From the NCBI GenBank assembly GCA_963703345.1, contig OY969814.1, positions 448,001 to 512,000 of the forward strand: a stretch of DNA of 64,000 bases, given 5' to 3'. A model generated the notes under the pieces. The model was not told where the DNA came from and did not search any database. It saw only the letters and a program-made list of their open reading frames with translations. The position numbers and the translations under genes are program-made. This document shows, piece by piece, positions 19,294-28,321 of the stretch; the first letter of the stretch is position 1; every line of letters starts with the position of its first letter. Source of the DNA: an uncultured Chloroflexia bacterium. GTDB lineage: Bacteria > Chloroflexota > Dehalococcoidia > DSTF01 > JALHUB01.

Positions 19294-20847
19294 ATGATCG
19301 TCTCCAGTTACTGGCCCAGTCAAGCGCCGTACCAGGAAGCCCCGCTGCCGGACATCCTCCGCAAGTCCGCGGAGACCTTCGGCGAGAAGACCGCGCTGAT
19401 CAGCGCCGATGGCTCGACGCGCACTTACGCCCGCGTTCTCAGCGACGCCCGCAAGGTGGCACGCCTCCTCCAGGACAACGGCGTCCAGAAGGGCGACAAG
19501 GTCGGCATCTTCTCGCCCAACCACATCGAATACCCGGCCGTCTTCTACGGCTCGCTCCTCGCGGGCGCCACGGTTACGACGCTCAACCCGCTCTACACGG
19601 CGCACGAGATCGCGACCCAGCTCAGCGACGCGCAGGCCGTCTTGCTGTTTGCCTTCACGCCGATGGCCGCCGCCGTCGAAGAAGCGCGCAAGGACCTGCC
19701 GCTCCTCCGCAAGGTCTTCCCGATAGACGACCTCCCTTCGGTCCTGGAAGGCGTTTCGGAGGGCTTCCAGCCGGTAGAGATTGTTCCCAAAGAAGACATC
19801 GCTGCCCTTCCCTACTCCAGCGGCACCACCGGCCTGCCCAAAGGCGTGATGCTAACCCACTACAACATCTTCTCCAACGTCACCCAGGGGCTGGCCACGC
19901 GCTTCTTTAGCTCGGACATGGTGGGCCTCTGGACGCTGCCCCTCTTCCACATCTACGGCATGACGGTGCTGATGAGCGCCGCCGTGGCCCGCGGCGGCAC
20001 CGGCGTGGTGATGGCGCGCTTCGACGTCGAACTGATGCTCCAGCTCATCCAGCAGCACAGGATAACCGACCTCTATCTGGCGCCGCCGGCCATCCTGGCG
20101 ATGGTGAACGCTCATCCCGAGCGCTACGACACGTCGTCGCTCCAGGTGATCGGTTCGGGCGCGGCGCCGCTGCCGCTGGAGATAGGCGAGCGCGCCAAAT
20201 CGCTGTTCAAGTGCATCGTCTCGCAAGGGTATGGCATGACGGAGACGAGCCCGACGGTCAACACGAACCCCTTCGAACGCATCAAGCTGGAGTCGGTCGG
20301 CCCACCCTTTCCGGACACCCTGGAGAAGATCGTCAGCCTGGACAGCGGCGAAGAGTTGCCCGTCGGCGGCGTCGGCGAGCTGATGGTGAAGGGTCCGCAG
20401 GTCATGAAGGGCTACTGGAACAACGCCAAGGAGACGGCGGACTGTCTTACCGACGACGGCTGGCTGCACACCGGTGACATCGCCCGCTTCGACGAGGACG
20501 GCTACCTGTACCTCATCGAGCGGAAGAAAGAGATGATCAAGTACAAGGGCTACCAGGTAGCGCCGGCGGAGCTGGAGGCGCTCTTGCACCAACATCCCGC
20601 GGTGCTTGACGCGGCGGTTATACCGAAGCCGGACGAGGCGGGCGGAGAGATACCGAAGGCCTGTGTCGTCCTGAAGCCGGAGAGCAAGGCGAGCGCCGAA
20701 GAGTTGATGGCGTTCATCGCCGGGAAAGTGGCGCCGTACAAGAAGATCCGGGAAGTGGAGTTCATGGACGCCATACCGAAGACGCTATCGGGCAAGATAC
20801 TGCGTCGCGACCTGATCCAGCGGGAGAAAGAGCGGCTGGCCAAGTAG
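19294..20847 (+). CDS. Acyl-CoA ligase (4-coumarate-CoA ligase-like), copy 2
   Basis: Same motifs. GGAGG SD before ATG 19294. Close paralogue of copy 1. Confidence 0.93.
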   Translation: MIVSSYWPSQAPYQEAPLPDILRKSAETFGEKTALISADGSTRTYARVLSDARKVARLLQDNGVQKGDKVGIFSPNHIEYPAVFYGSLLAGATVTTLNPLYTAHEIATQLSDAQAVLLFAFTPMAAAVEEARKDLPLLRKVFPIDDLPSVLEGVSEGFQPVEIVPKEDIAALPYSSGTTGLPKGVMLTHYNIFSNVTQGLATRFFSSDMVGLWTLPLFHIYGMTVLMSAAVARGGTGVVMARFDVELMLQLIQQHRITDLYLAPPAILAMVNAHPERYDTSSLQVIGSGAAPLPLEIGERAKSLFKCIVSQGYGMTETSPTVNTNPFERIKLESVGPPFPDTLEKIVSLDSGEELPVGGVGELMVKGPQVMKGYWNNAKETADCLTDDGWLHTGDIARFDEDGYLYLIERKKEMIKYKGYQVAPAELEALLHQHPAVLDAAVIPKPDEAGGEIPKACVVLKPESKASAEELMAFIAGKVAPYKKIREVEFMDAIPKTLSGKILRRDLIQREKERLAK

Positions 20848-20884
20848 GCACCCGTTTCTCCCGATCCGCCTGCGATTCCGAAGA

Positions 20885-20961
20885 GTAGAGGAAGGCTTCA
20901 GCCTTCCACATCGAGTGTGCGCGGACGAGGCGTGAGGTGGAGGGCTAAAGCCCTCCTCTAC
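20885..20961. repeat. Inverted pair of GTAG-type REP-like palindromes
   Basis: GTAGAGGAAGGCTTCAGCCTTCCAC ... GTGGAGGGCTAAAGCCCTCCTCTAC. Confidence 0.7.
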
Positions 20962-20977
20962 TTTTGTCCGTCGGCAG

Positions 20978-21013
20978 AAAAAGAAGAGAGGCGGGACAAC
21001 TCCCGCCTCTCTT
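20978..21013 (-). terminator. Intrinsic terminator between convergent genes
   Basis: 13-bp stem AAGAGAGGCGGGA-caac-TCCCGCCTCTCTT. The A-run on + gives a U-tail on -. Confidence 0.75.
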
Positions 21014-21086
21014 GCAATTTCTAACAGAGTCCCTTCCTGCCCTTACGCAGGCCTTGATTTCGCTTTCCCGTGATCGCTAGGCTATC

Positions 21087-21917
21087 CTAGCGTGCCCGCT
21101 TGACGAGCACCGTGCCCGAGGCCAGCAGCAGGACGCCGCCCAGCAGACCCAACGCAATCGGCAGCGTGTTTGAGCCGCCGGACGATGGTCCCGTGCCGGT
21201 GGTCGGTACCGTTACCGACGGGGCAATAACCGGCGGAATCACCGGCCGGGCCGTCGGGATCACGACCGTCGGCATGGGCGTTGACGTTGGGCCGGCCGTC
21301 GGCGTCTCAGTGGCGCCCGATACCGTGATTCTGGCGCTGTCGCACTTCAGGTTGGCGGGCTCGGTGATGCACGCCTCGTTGGTTATCCTGTCGCCGTCGC
21401 TCGCGCCGGAGGTCAGGTCAAGGGACAGATCGACGACAATCTGGTCACCACTGTTGAGGGTGGAGGTGGTGCTCCACGTAACTGTCCCCGAGGTGTCGCA
21501 GCCGTCGATCGTAAAGTGGCTGTCGGAGATGTCGGAGGACGAATCGACGCTGGCGTCAGAGCAGTCAGTGTCGCTCGGTATGACATCGCTGACTTCCATC
21601 GTCGGCGTGCAGTCGTTGTCGCCGTCGTTGGTCACTGTGATGGTGTAGTCAGCGGTGCCGCCTTCCGGCACGGTCGAGTCTGAGACGTCCTTGGTGATAC
21701 TAAGGTCGCAGACGGGAGTTGCCGTCGGCGTCACCGGCGTGTTCGTGCTTGTCGGAGCCGTCGTGTTCGTCGGGGTAGCCGTCTCGCCCTGGGCGTTCGC
21801 GACGGGCGGGCTGATCGACCCGCTGCCTGACGACAGCATGACCGCTACCATAACTAGGGCGAGCCCCGCTCCCGCGGCCACCGCCCACAACCAGGATCCC
21901 TTCCATAGTCTTTCCAT
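21087..21917 (-). CDS. Secreted DUF11/Ig-like domain protein with Pro/Thr linkers and sortase-like C-terminal signal
   Basis: Signal peptide, DLSITKDVSD..YTITVTNDG..VSDVIP, then VPTTG + TM + KRAR. AAGGAG SD before ATG 21917. Confidence 0.8.
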   Translation of the reverse strand: MERLWKGSWLWAVAAGAGLALVMVAVMLSSGSGSISPPVANAQGETATPTNTTAPTSTNTPVTPTATPVCDLSITKDVSDSTVPEGGTADYTITVTNDGDNDCTPTMEVSDVIPSDTDCSDASVDSSSDISDSHFTIDGCDTSGTVTWSTTSTLNSGDQIVVDLSLDLTSGASDGDRITNEACITEPANLKCDSARITVSGATETPTAGPTSTPMPTVVIPTARPVIPPVIAPSVTVPTTGTGPSSGGSNTLPIALGLLGGVLLLASGTVLVKRAR

Positions 21918-22161
21918 ACTGAGTCTCCTTCTCAACTAGTGTCCGCCGCGGCGGACGCATGCGGTCCCCGCCTTTTACAAACGATATTGTGAACGATGAG
22001 CGGAATCTTTGTCAAGTCCGCTGCATCGGGGATGAATAGCTCCTGATCCGTTGCTGTTCCCCGGCAGAGCCGGGACAGAAGGGAAAGTCGGAATTTGTAA
22101 CAAATTCTGAGAGAAAATCGCTTGCCGTAGCCGAGAAGACTGCCTGCCTACGCTGTGGCAA

Positions 22162-22398
22162 TTCTGAGGGATAAATCCCTCAGCCTGTGTCCGGCACAGC
22201 TTCTGCCGAAGGCTGAGCCTGCCTGCCGGTAGACAGGGCTTCCAACCCTCAGAACCGTTTCCCCTCCCCACGTCGCCCCTAAGCGATTGGAATGCCCGGC
22301 GCCGCGAAGGCGGCGCAGAGAATCAGTTCTGAGGGTTAAAACCCTCAGCCTTCGCCAACAACGTTCTTCTGGGAGGCTGAGGGACTCATCCCTCAGAG
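22162..22398. repeat. Cluster of four CTGAGGG-N6-CCCTCAG hairpins arranged as two inverted pairs (BIME-like)
   Basis: Units at 22162-22186, 22210-22255 (interrupted), 22326-22352 and 22374-22398. Confidence 0.75.
22218..22237. repeat. Palindromic micro-insertion copy 3 (CCTGCCTGCCGGTAGACAGG) nested in a hairpin unit
   Basis: Splits the left arm of hairpin unit 2. Removing it restores a unit like its three siblings. Confidence 0.7.
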
Positions 22399-22465
22399 GT
22401 GTTCTTCTCACCATGGTCCGGAGGGATTTATACGCTGCGGCTTCGACGGACGGGTGCAGGCGTCG

Positions 22466-23713
22466 CTACGCGACCGGAATGCCCGGCGCCGGGAAAGCCG
22501 AGCAGAACTCCTTCACCTCGTTGCGCACACGCTCCAGCGTCTGCTCATCGTCCACGTTGGCGATGACTTCGTCCATCCAGGCGACGACGCGGCGCATCTC
22601 CGGCTCCTTCATGCCGCGCGAGGTGACGGCCGGGCTGCCGATGCGAATGCCGCTGGGGCTGAACGGCTTGCGCGGGTCGAAAGGGACCGTGTTGGCGTTG
22701 ACGACGATGCCCGCCTGGTCCAACGCCCTCGACGCCTTCTTCCCCGTCACGCCCTTGTTCGTCAGGTCGATCAGGATTAGATGGTTGTCGGTGCCGCCGG
22801 AGACGAGCTGGAAGCCGCGCTCCAGCAGCTCGCCGGCCATCGCCTTGGCGTTGCGCACCACCTGCACGCCGTACTCCTTGAACTCCGGCGTCGACGCTTC
22901 CTTCAGGGCGACGGCGATGGCGGCCGTGGTGTGGTCGTGCGGGCCGCCCTGGAGCGCCGGGAAGACCGCGCGGTCGATGCTCTGGGCGAATCGCTCACGG
23001 CACATGATCATGGCGCCGCGGGGGCCGCGCAGAGTCTTATGCGTCGTTGTGGTGATGACGTCGGCGTAGGGCGCCGGGTCGGGATGGACACCGGCGGCGA
23101 TGAGCCCGGCGACGTGGGCGATGTCGGCCAGGAAATAGGCGTCCACCTCCTTCGCGATGTCGGCGAAGGCCTTGAAGTCCCACAGGCGCGGATAGGCCGT
23201 GGCGCCGCAGACGATGACCTTCGGCCGCGCCTCCTTCGCCAGCGCCCGCACGGCGTCGTAGTCTACCAGGTTCGTCTGTCTGTCGACGGTGTACTGGACG
23301 GAGCGATAGAAGCGGGCGGAGAAGTTGACTTCCCAGCCGTGCGTCAGGTGGCCGCCGTGAGGGAGGCTGAGGCCCATTATCGTCTCGCCGGGCTCCAGGA
23401 GCGCGTAGTAGGCGGCCATGTTCGCCGGCGAGCCGGAGTAAGGCTGGACGTTGGCGTGCTCGACGCCGAAGAGGCTCTTCGCCCGCTGGATCGCCAGCTC
23501 CTCGATGGCGTCGACGTAGCGCTGCCCTTCATAGTAGCGCTTGCCGGCGTACCCCTCGGAGTACTTGTTCGTCAGAACGGAGCCCAGCGCCTCCATGACC
23601 GCTGCGGACGCATAGTTCTCCGATGGGATGAGGCGCAGCGTCTCGAACTCGTAGCGCGTCTCCGCCTCGATGAGCGCGTAGACCTCCGGGTCGACCTGCT
23701 GCAACTGCTTCAA
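22466..23713 (-). CDS. glyA: Serine hydroxymethyltransferase
   Basis: LIPSEN, NKYSEGY, HGGHLTHG and TTTTHKTLRGPRG motifs. Confidence 0.97.
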   Translation of the reverse strand: MKQLQQVDPEVYALIEAETRYEFETLRLIPSENYASAAVMEALGSVLTNKYSEGYAGKRYYEGQRYVDAIEELAIQRAKSLFGVEHANVQPYSGSPANMAAYYALLEPGETIMGLSLPHGGHLTHGWEVNFSARFYRSVQYTVDRQTNLVDYDAVRALAKEARPKVIVCGATAYPRLWDFKAFADIAKEVDAYFLADIAHVAGLIAAGVHPDPAPYADVITTTTHKTLRGPRGAMIMCRERFAQSIDRAVFPALQGGPHDHTTAAIAVALKEASTPEFKEYGVQVVRNAKAMAGELLERGFQLVSGGTDNHLILIDLTNKGVTGKKASRALDQAGIVVNANTVPFDPRKPFSPSGIRIGSPAVTSRGMKEPEMRRVVAWMDEVIANVDDEQTLERVRNEVKEFCSAFPAPGIPVA

Positions 23714-23803
23714 ATCAACCTCCTCGGCGCTCTGCTACGACGGTTGAGCCGGTCCCTCGCTTCGCGGGCCCTGGTTCTTGCGGCCGCGCCCGCCTCGACG
23801 GCG

Positions 23804-24751
23804 TCAACGGCGTCTTGGCTGGCCTTCGCTCTTTTCGCCGGCGGGCTGCTCCGGCGGCTGCGACTGAGGCGCCCTCTCCACGGCCCGTAGCTCTTCCTTC
23901 ACCAGCTCGGCGGGCCGCACCACCGTGCCGTACTGCCCACGCAGCTCCTCGATCGGCATTTCGACGATGGTGAGGCTGTCTGCGACACGGAGCGATACGG
24001 TCTGCTTGAGAACGTGCACGGCTACGAGCTTCGCCTCCCCGGCGGGCGTCGAAAGCAACTGCCCCACCTTCGGCAGCTTGCCTCGGAGTTCGCGGTATTG
24101 CTCGTGCTCGTAGGCCAGGCAGCAGAGGAGGCGGCCACAAACGCCGGATATCTTGGACGGGTTCAGCGGCACGTCCTGTTCCTTCGCCATCCGGATCGAG
24201 ATCGATGGGAAGGCGGCGAGCCAGGAGCGGCAGCAGAGCGTGTAGCCGCACTGGCCGATATCGCCGACCAGCTTAGCGCGGTCGCGCTCGCCCACCTGCA
24301 GGAGCTGCACCCGCTTCTGGAGCGCGGACGAGAGGTCGCGCACCAGGGCTCGGAAGTCCACCCGCTGCTGGGCGGTGAAGTAGAGCGTCAGGCGGGAGCC
24401 CTCGAGGTTGGAATCGCCGCCGACGAGGTGCATGTCCAGGCCGTGCTCTTCCACTTTGCGGCGGGCGAGCGTCAGGTCCTCGTGCACGGCGCCTCGGAGC
24501 GACTCCGTCTTCGCGATATCTTCGTCTGTGGCGATGCGGAGGATCGGATCGAGCGGATCGCCGATCTCTTCGGCGACCACCTGCTCCGGGGCGATGACCA
24601 CTCGCCCTAGGGAGGAGCCGTGGGTCGTCTGAACGACGACCTGCTGGCCAATCTTCAACTCGATGTCTTTGGCGTCGAAGTAAATTACTCTTCCGGCGCC
24701 GTCGAAGCGTACACCGGCAATGCGACGCGCTGTCGCGGATTCTTCGGTCAT
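23804..24751 (-). CDS. PSP1/YaaT (RicT) family protein
   Basis: RVDFRALVRDL, GQCGYTLCC and KISGVCGRLLCCLAYE. Downstream of holB as in Bacillus. Confidence 0.9.
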   Translation of the reverse strand: MTEESATARRIAGVRFDGAGRVIYFDAKDIELKIGQQVVVQTTHGSSLGRVVIAPEQVVAEEIGDPLDPILRIATDEDIAKTESLRGAVHEDLTLARRKVEEHGLDMHLVGGDSNLEGSRLTLYFTAQQRVDFRALVRDLSSALQKRVQLLQVGERDRAKLVGDIGQCGYTLCCRSWLAAFPSISIRMAKEQDVPLNPSKISGVCGRLLCCLAYEHEQYRELRGKLPKVGQLLSTPAGEAKLVAVHVLKQTVSLRVADSLTIVEMPIEELRGQYGTVVRPAELVKEELRAVERAPQSQPPEQPAGEKSEGQPRRR

Positions 24752-24774
24752 ATCTGCAAGCTCTCCGGTCCGTC

Positions 24775-25848
24775 TCAGCCCGGCCTCGCGGCGGCCCCGG
24801 CGAGCTGTCTCTCCTTTCTTGGTGCCGGCATCTGGAGCGTCAGCGCCTCCAGCGCCAGTTGCGGGTTCACGTTGTCGGACAGGTACTCCGCCGTCCGTCC
24901 CAGCGCCCGCAGAAATGACACAATGTCTCTTATCATATATTTTCCGGCCATCAGGGCCAGTCTGTCCAGAAGACCGGCGTTGATGACGATATCCGACTGA
25001 CCGGCCGCCGTCAGCAGCACGTCGCGCCACCACTCACGCCACAGTTCTAGCACAGCGAAAACGTTGCAACGGTCGCGGTAGAAGCGCCTCGACATCTCCG
25101 CCGCCCAGGCGAAGCGCTCATCGCGGCCGGCGGCGCTCAGGCGGTAGACGTCCTCCAGCACCGACTCGCGGGCTGGCAGCACCGTTTCGTCCTCCCACGC
25201 CGCCACCGCCCAGCCGAGTCGCCCGCTGCTCAGCCTGGCGAGCACCGCCGCGTCCTCGGGCGGCACCTCCCAGGTCTCCCGCAGCGCCGTCACCACCGCG
25301 GCTGCGGACATCGTGCTGAAGGGCACCAGGCGGCAGCGCGAGCGGACCGTCGGCAGCAGCGCCTCCTCGCGGCTCGTCACGAGGACGAGCACGAGGGAGG
25401 ATACGGGCTCCTCCAGCGTCTTCAGCAGCGCGTTCGACGACTCGGCGTTCAGGGCGTCCGCCGGATCAATTATGGCGACGCGGAAGCGGCCCTCGAACGG
25501 CGCTCTGCTGGCGATCCGCTTCAGCCGCCGTATCTGGCAGATGCGTATCTCCTTCGAGCCGTCCGCCGCGTGGTCCTTGTGCTCCGGGCCCGCCTCTTCG
25601 CAGAGGCCGCCGATGCCGATGACCTCGACGTCGGGATGTCTACCTTCCTCGATCAGACGGCACTGGCGGCAGCGGTGACAGGGCGGGTCTTCGCCGCGGC
25701 AGTTCAGCGCCTGCGCGAACTCCAGCGCCGTCGTCGCCTTGCCGACCTGCGGCGGTCCAACGAAGAGATAGGCGTGAGCAGCGCGCCCTTCCGCCAGCGC
25801 GCGGCTTAGTGACGCCTTCGCCCGCTCTTGACCGATGATCTTCCACAT
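24775..25848 (-). CDS. holB: DNA polymerase III delta-prime subunit
   Basis: HAYLFVGPPQVGK, Zn module, NALLKTLEEP and TVRSRC. Confidence 0.92.
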   Translation of the reverse strand: MWKIIGQERAKASLSRALAEGRAAHAYLFVGPPQVGKATTALEFAQALNCRGEDPPCHRCRQCRLIEEGRHPDVEVIGIGGLCEEAGPEHKDHAADGSKEIRICQIRRLKRIASRAPFEGRFRVAIIDPADALNAESSNALLKTLEEPVSSLVLVLVTSREEALLPTVRSRCRLVPFSTMSAAAVVTALRETWEVPPEDAAVLARLSSGRLGWAVAAWEDETVLPARESVLEDVYRLSAAGRDERFAWAAEMSRRFYRDRCNVFAVLELWREWWRDVLLTAAGQSDIVINAGLLDRLALMAGKYMIRDIVSFLRALGRTAEYLSDNVNPQLALEALTLQMPAPRKERQLAGAAARPG

Positions 25849-25852
25849 GACG

Positions 25853-27187
25853 CTAACCCACCGGTCCGTCGCCGCACTCGCAGCGCAGCAGGTCGTCGTA
25901 GCTCTCGCGACGGCGCACGAGGCGGGCCCATCCATCCTTCACGAAGACGACGGCCGGCCGCAAAGAGGCGTTGTAGTTGCTGGCGAGCGGCAGGCAGTAG
26001 GCGCCGGCGACGGGGATGGCTAGAAGGTCGTCAGACTGCAGCTTCGGCAGCTCGACGTCGCGGACGAGCACGTCGCCGGACTCGCAGTACTTGCCGGCGA
26101 TCGTCACGCGCTCCAGCGGCCCTTCTTCGTCGGCGCGATTGGCTAGGAGCGCTTCATAAGCGGCGCCGTAGAGGGCGGGACGGATGTTGTCCGCCATCCC
26201 TCCGTCAACGCAGGCGTACGTGCGCACGCCGGCGATCTCTTTGCGCCCGCCCACGCTGTAGAGCGCTAAGCCAGCGCGGGCGACCAGCGACCGTCCGGGC
26301 TCGATGACGAGCCGTGGCGGCGGCAGGTCGAATGCCTGGCACGACTCCTTGAGCGTCGTGACCAGCGCCTCGGCGTACTCACGTCGAGAGGGCGCGGGCA
26401 GGCCGCGCTGGTATTGGACGGCAAAGCCGCCGCCGGCGTTGATCTGCGCGAACTGGTGGCGCCCCTTCAAGCGTGCGGCGAACTCGACGAGGGCCCCGAG
26501 CGACTGCTGGAAGGGCTCAATCTCGAATATCTGCGAGCCGATGTGAGCGTGCAGGCCAGCGAGGTCGAGCGCCCTGGATGCTGCAATCGCTTCGATGGCC
26601 TCTTCCGCCTGTCCCGTTGCGAGCGGCACGCCGAACTTCGAGTCGAGCGCGCCGGTCGAGATGTAGCGGTGCGTGTGCGGATCGACGTTCGGCGAGACGC
26701 GCAGGAGCACCGCCTGCCGCTTTGCCATCGTGGCAGCCAACTCGTCCAGAAGGGCTATCTCGCGGAAGTTGTCGATGACGATGTGGCCGACGCCGGCGTC
26801 CAGCGCTTCGCGCAACTCCTGCGGCGACTTGTTGTTGCCGTGCACGTAGATGCGCTCCGCGGGGAAACCGGCCGCCAGGGCAATCGCCAGCTCGCCGCCG
26901 GAGGCAACGTCCAGGCTTAGCCCTTCTTCGGCGAAAAGCGAAGCGATAGCGCGCCCGAGGTAGGCCTTCGCGGCATAGACAACGGTTGTCTCGGGGTACG
27001 ACGGGTCGAAGGCGGCGAGCCATTCGCGGGTGCCCTCCCGCAGCTCAGTCTCGTCGAACACGTAGAGCGGCGTCCCGAACTCCCGCGCCAGATCGACAGC
27101 GTCGCAGCCGCCGAGGCTGAGATGGCCCTGCGGCGTCAGACCGGCGGTGCGCGGCAGTATTGGAACCAGGGCGGGATCGAGAGACAT
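25853..27187 (-). CDS. lysA: Diaminopimelate decarboxylase
   Basis: FGTPLYV, YAAKA, HAHIGSQI, EPGRSL and KYCESGD motifs. Confidence 0.95.
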   Translation of the reverse strand: MSLDPALVPILPRTAGLTPQGHLSLGGCDAVDLAREFGTPLYVFDETELREGTREWLAAFDPSYPETTVVYAAKAYLGRAIASLFAEEGLSLDVASGGELAIALAAGFPAERIYVHGNNKSPQELREALDAGVGHIVIDNFREIALLDELAATMAKRQAVLLRVSPNVDPHTHRYISTGALDSKFGVPLATGQAEEAIEAIAASRALDLAGLHAHIGSQIFEIEPFQQSLGALVEFAARLKGRHQFAQINAGGGFAVQYQRGLPAPSRREYAEALVTTLKESCQAFDLPPPRLVIEPGRSLVARAGLALYSVGGRKEIAGVRTYACVDGGMADNIRPALYGAAYEALLANRADEEGPLERVTIAGKYCESGDVLVRDVELPKLQSDDLLAIPVAGAYCLPLASNYNASLRPAVVFVKDGWARLVRRRESYDDLLRCECGDGPVG

Positions 27188-27246
27188 GGCTTTTCCTGAA
27201 AGATGCGTTTCCTACGAATGATTATACGGTGCTGAAATGGGAGGGT

Positions 27247-28110
27247 CTAGGCGAGCCGCCCGCCGGGCAATGCGGCGAGGATCTCGCTGTCTTCCGTCCG
27301 CAGGCTCACTCTGCCTTCGTCGCGAAGCTTGCAGAGATGGGATATCAACTGGCCCGCGGCCATCCCTTTCAGGTGCGACGATAGCTCCGGGTAGATCCGC
27401 CGCCGCAGCGTGGACACACTCAACTCGCCTTCGCGCAGCAACGACAGCAGTTGCTCTTCACGCTCATGGCGGTGGTCGATGAGCTCCTGTATTTTGCGCT
27501 CCGGCTCCCGCACCGGCGGGCCGTGGCCCGGGCAAAGCAGCGCAGCGCCGAGCGTTTTCATGTGCTCCAGGGAGCGGACGTAGAGGGTCATGTCGCCTTC
27601 GGGAGGCGGTGGTATCGCCGTCGTGCCCAGGCCAAGCACGTTGTCGCCGCTGAAGAGCACCGCTTCCTCTTCCAGGAAGAAGCAGAGATGGCCGGCGCTG
27701 TGGCCGGGGGTTAGGACAACCCGCAGCCGGAGATGCCCCGCCGACAACGTCTCGCCGTCTGCAAGCGGCGGGCCGAAGCGGACGTCGGGATGCCGTCGCT
27801 TCAGGTCGTCGCGGAGGAGGCGTTCCTCTTCGGCGTGCATCCGAATCGGTGCGCCTGTGGCCGCGGCGAGCAGGAAGGCGCCGCCGGCGTGGTCGCGGTG
27901 GTGGTGCGTTACCGCGATCAGCTCGACCTGCGGTCCGCCGAGCTCCGCCAGGTATGTCAGCCGCTCGTTTGTCCCCGTTTCGTCTTCAAGGCCGCCGTCG
28001 ATAATGATCGCCCTCCCGCCGTCGACGACAAGGTACACATTCGGCTCATAGGGGCCGGCATAGCGAGCGGAGGGAGCTCGCAAGACGTGAATGTTGGCCG
28101 TGAGCTGCAA
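27247..28110 (-). CDS. MBL-fold hydrolase (LACTB2-like) with C-terminal winged helix; start uncertain (28110 or 28125)
   Basis: THHHRDHAGG, TPGHS, FSGD and PGHG motifs. Confidence 0.88.
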   Translation of the reverse strand: MQLTANIHVLRAPSARYAGPYEPNVYLVVDGGRAIIIDGGLEDETGTNERLTYLAELGGPQVELIAVTHHHRDHAGGAFLLAAATGAPIRMHAEEERLLRDDLKRRHPDVRFGPPLADGETLSAGHLRLRVVLTPGHSAGHLCFFLEEEAVLFSGDNVLGLGTTAIPPPPEGDMTLYVRSLEHMKTLGAALLCPGHGPPVREPERKIQELIDHRHEREEQLLSLLREGELSVSTLRRRIYPELSSHLKGMAAGQLISHLCKLRDEGRVSLRTEDSEILAALPGGRLA

Positions 28111-28321
28111 GTCGCTACCTCGCAAACAGTCGCGAGATCATTGTACAGGCGTCCACTTGCTGCTGCGACGGGTGCGCCAGGCGCCGTTCGTTGGCTGGGA
28201 GCCACGTGCGATGGTCGCGCTCTCGGTGCGCCCGCCGCAGGCGGGCGCCTAAGAGAAACGAACAAAGTGTGGGAGCGAGGGGACCTTGACCGAGTATGTG
28301 AGTCGTTGGGTTAGGGGACGC

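Noticed and set aside
22162-22398. Possible CRISPR array
   Set aside because: Units alternate in orientation, spacing is irregular, and there are no cas genes.
23804-23806. Selenocysteine or recoded TGA
   Set aside because: The context is an Arg run rather than a Cys-equivalent position, and many other genes use TGA as stop.
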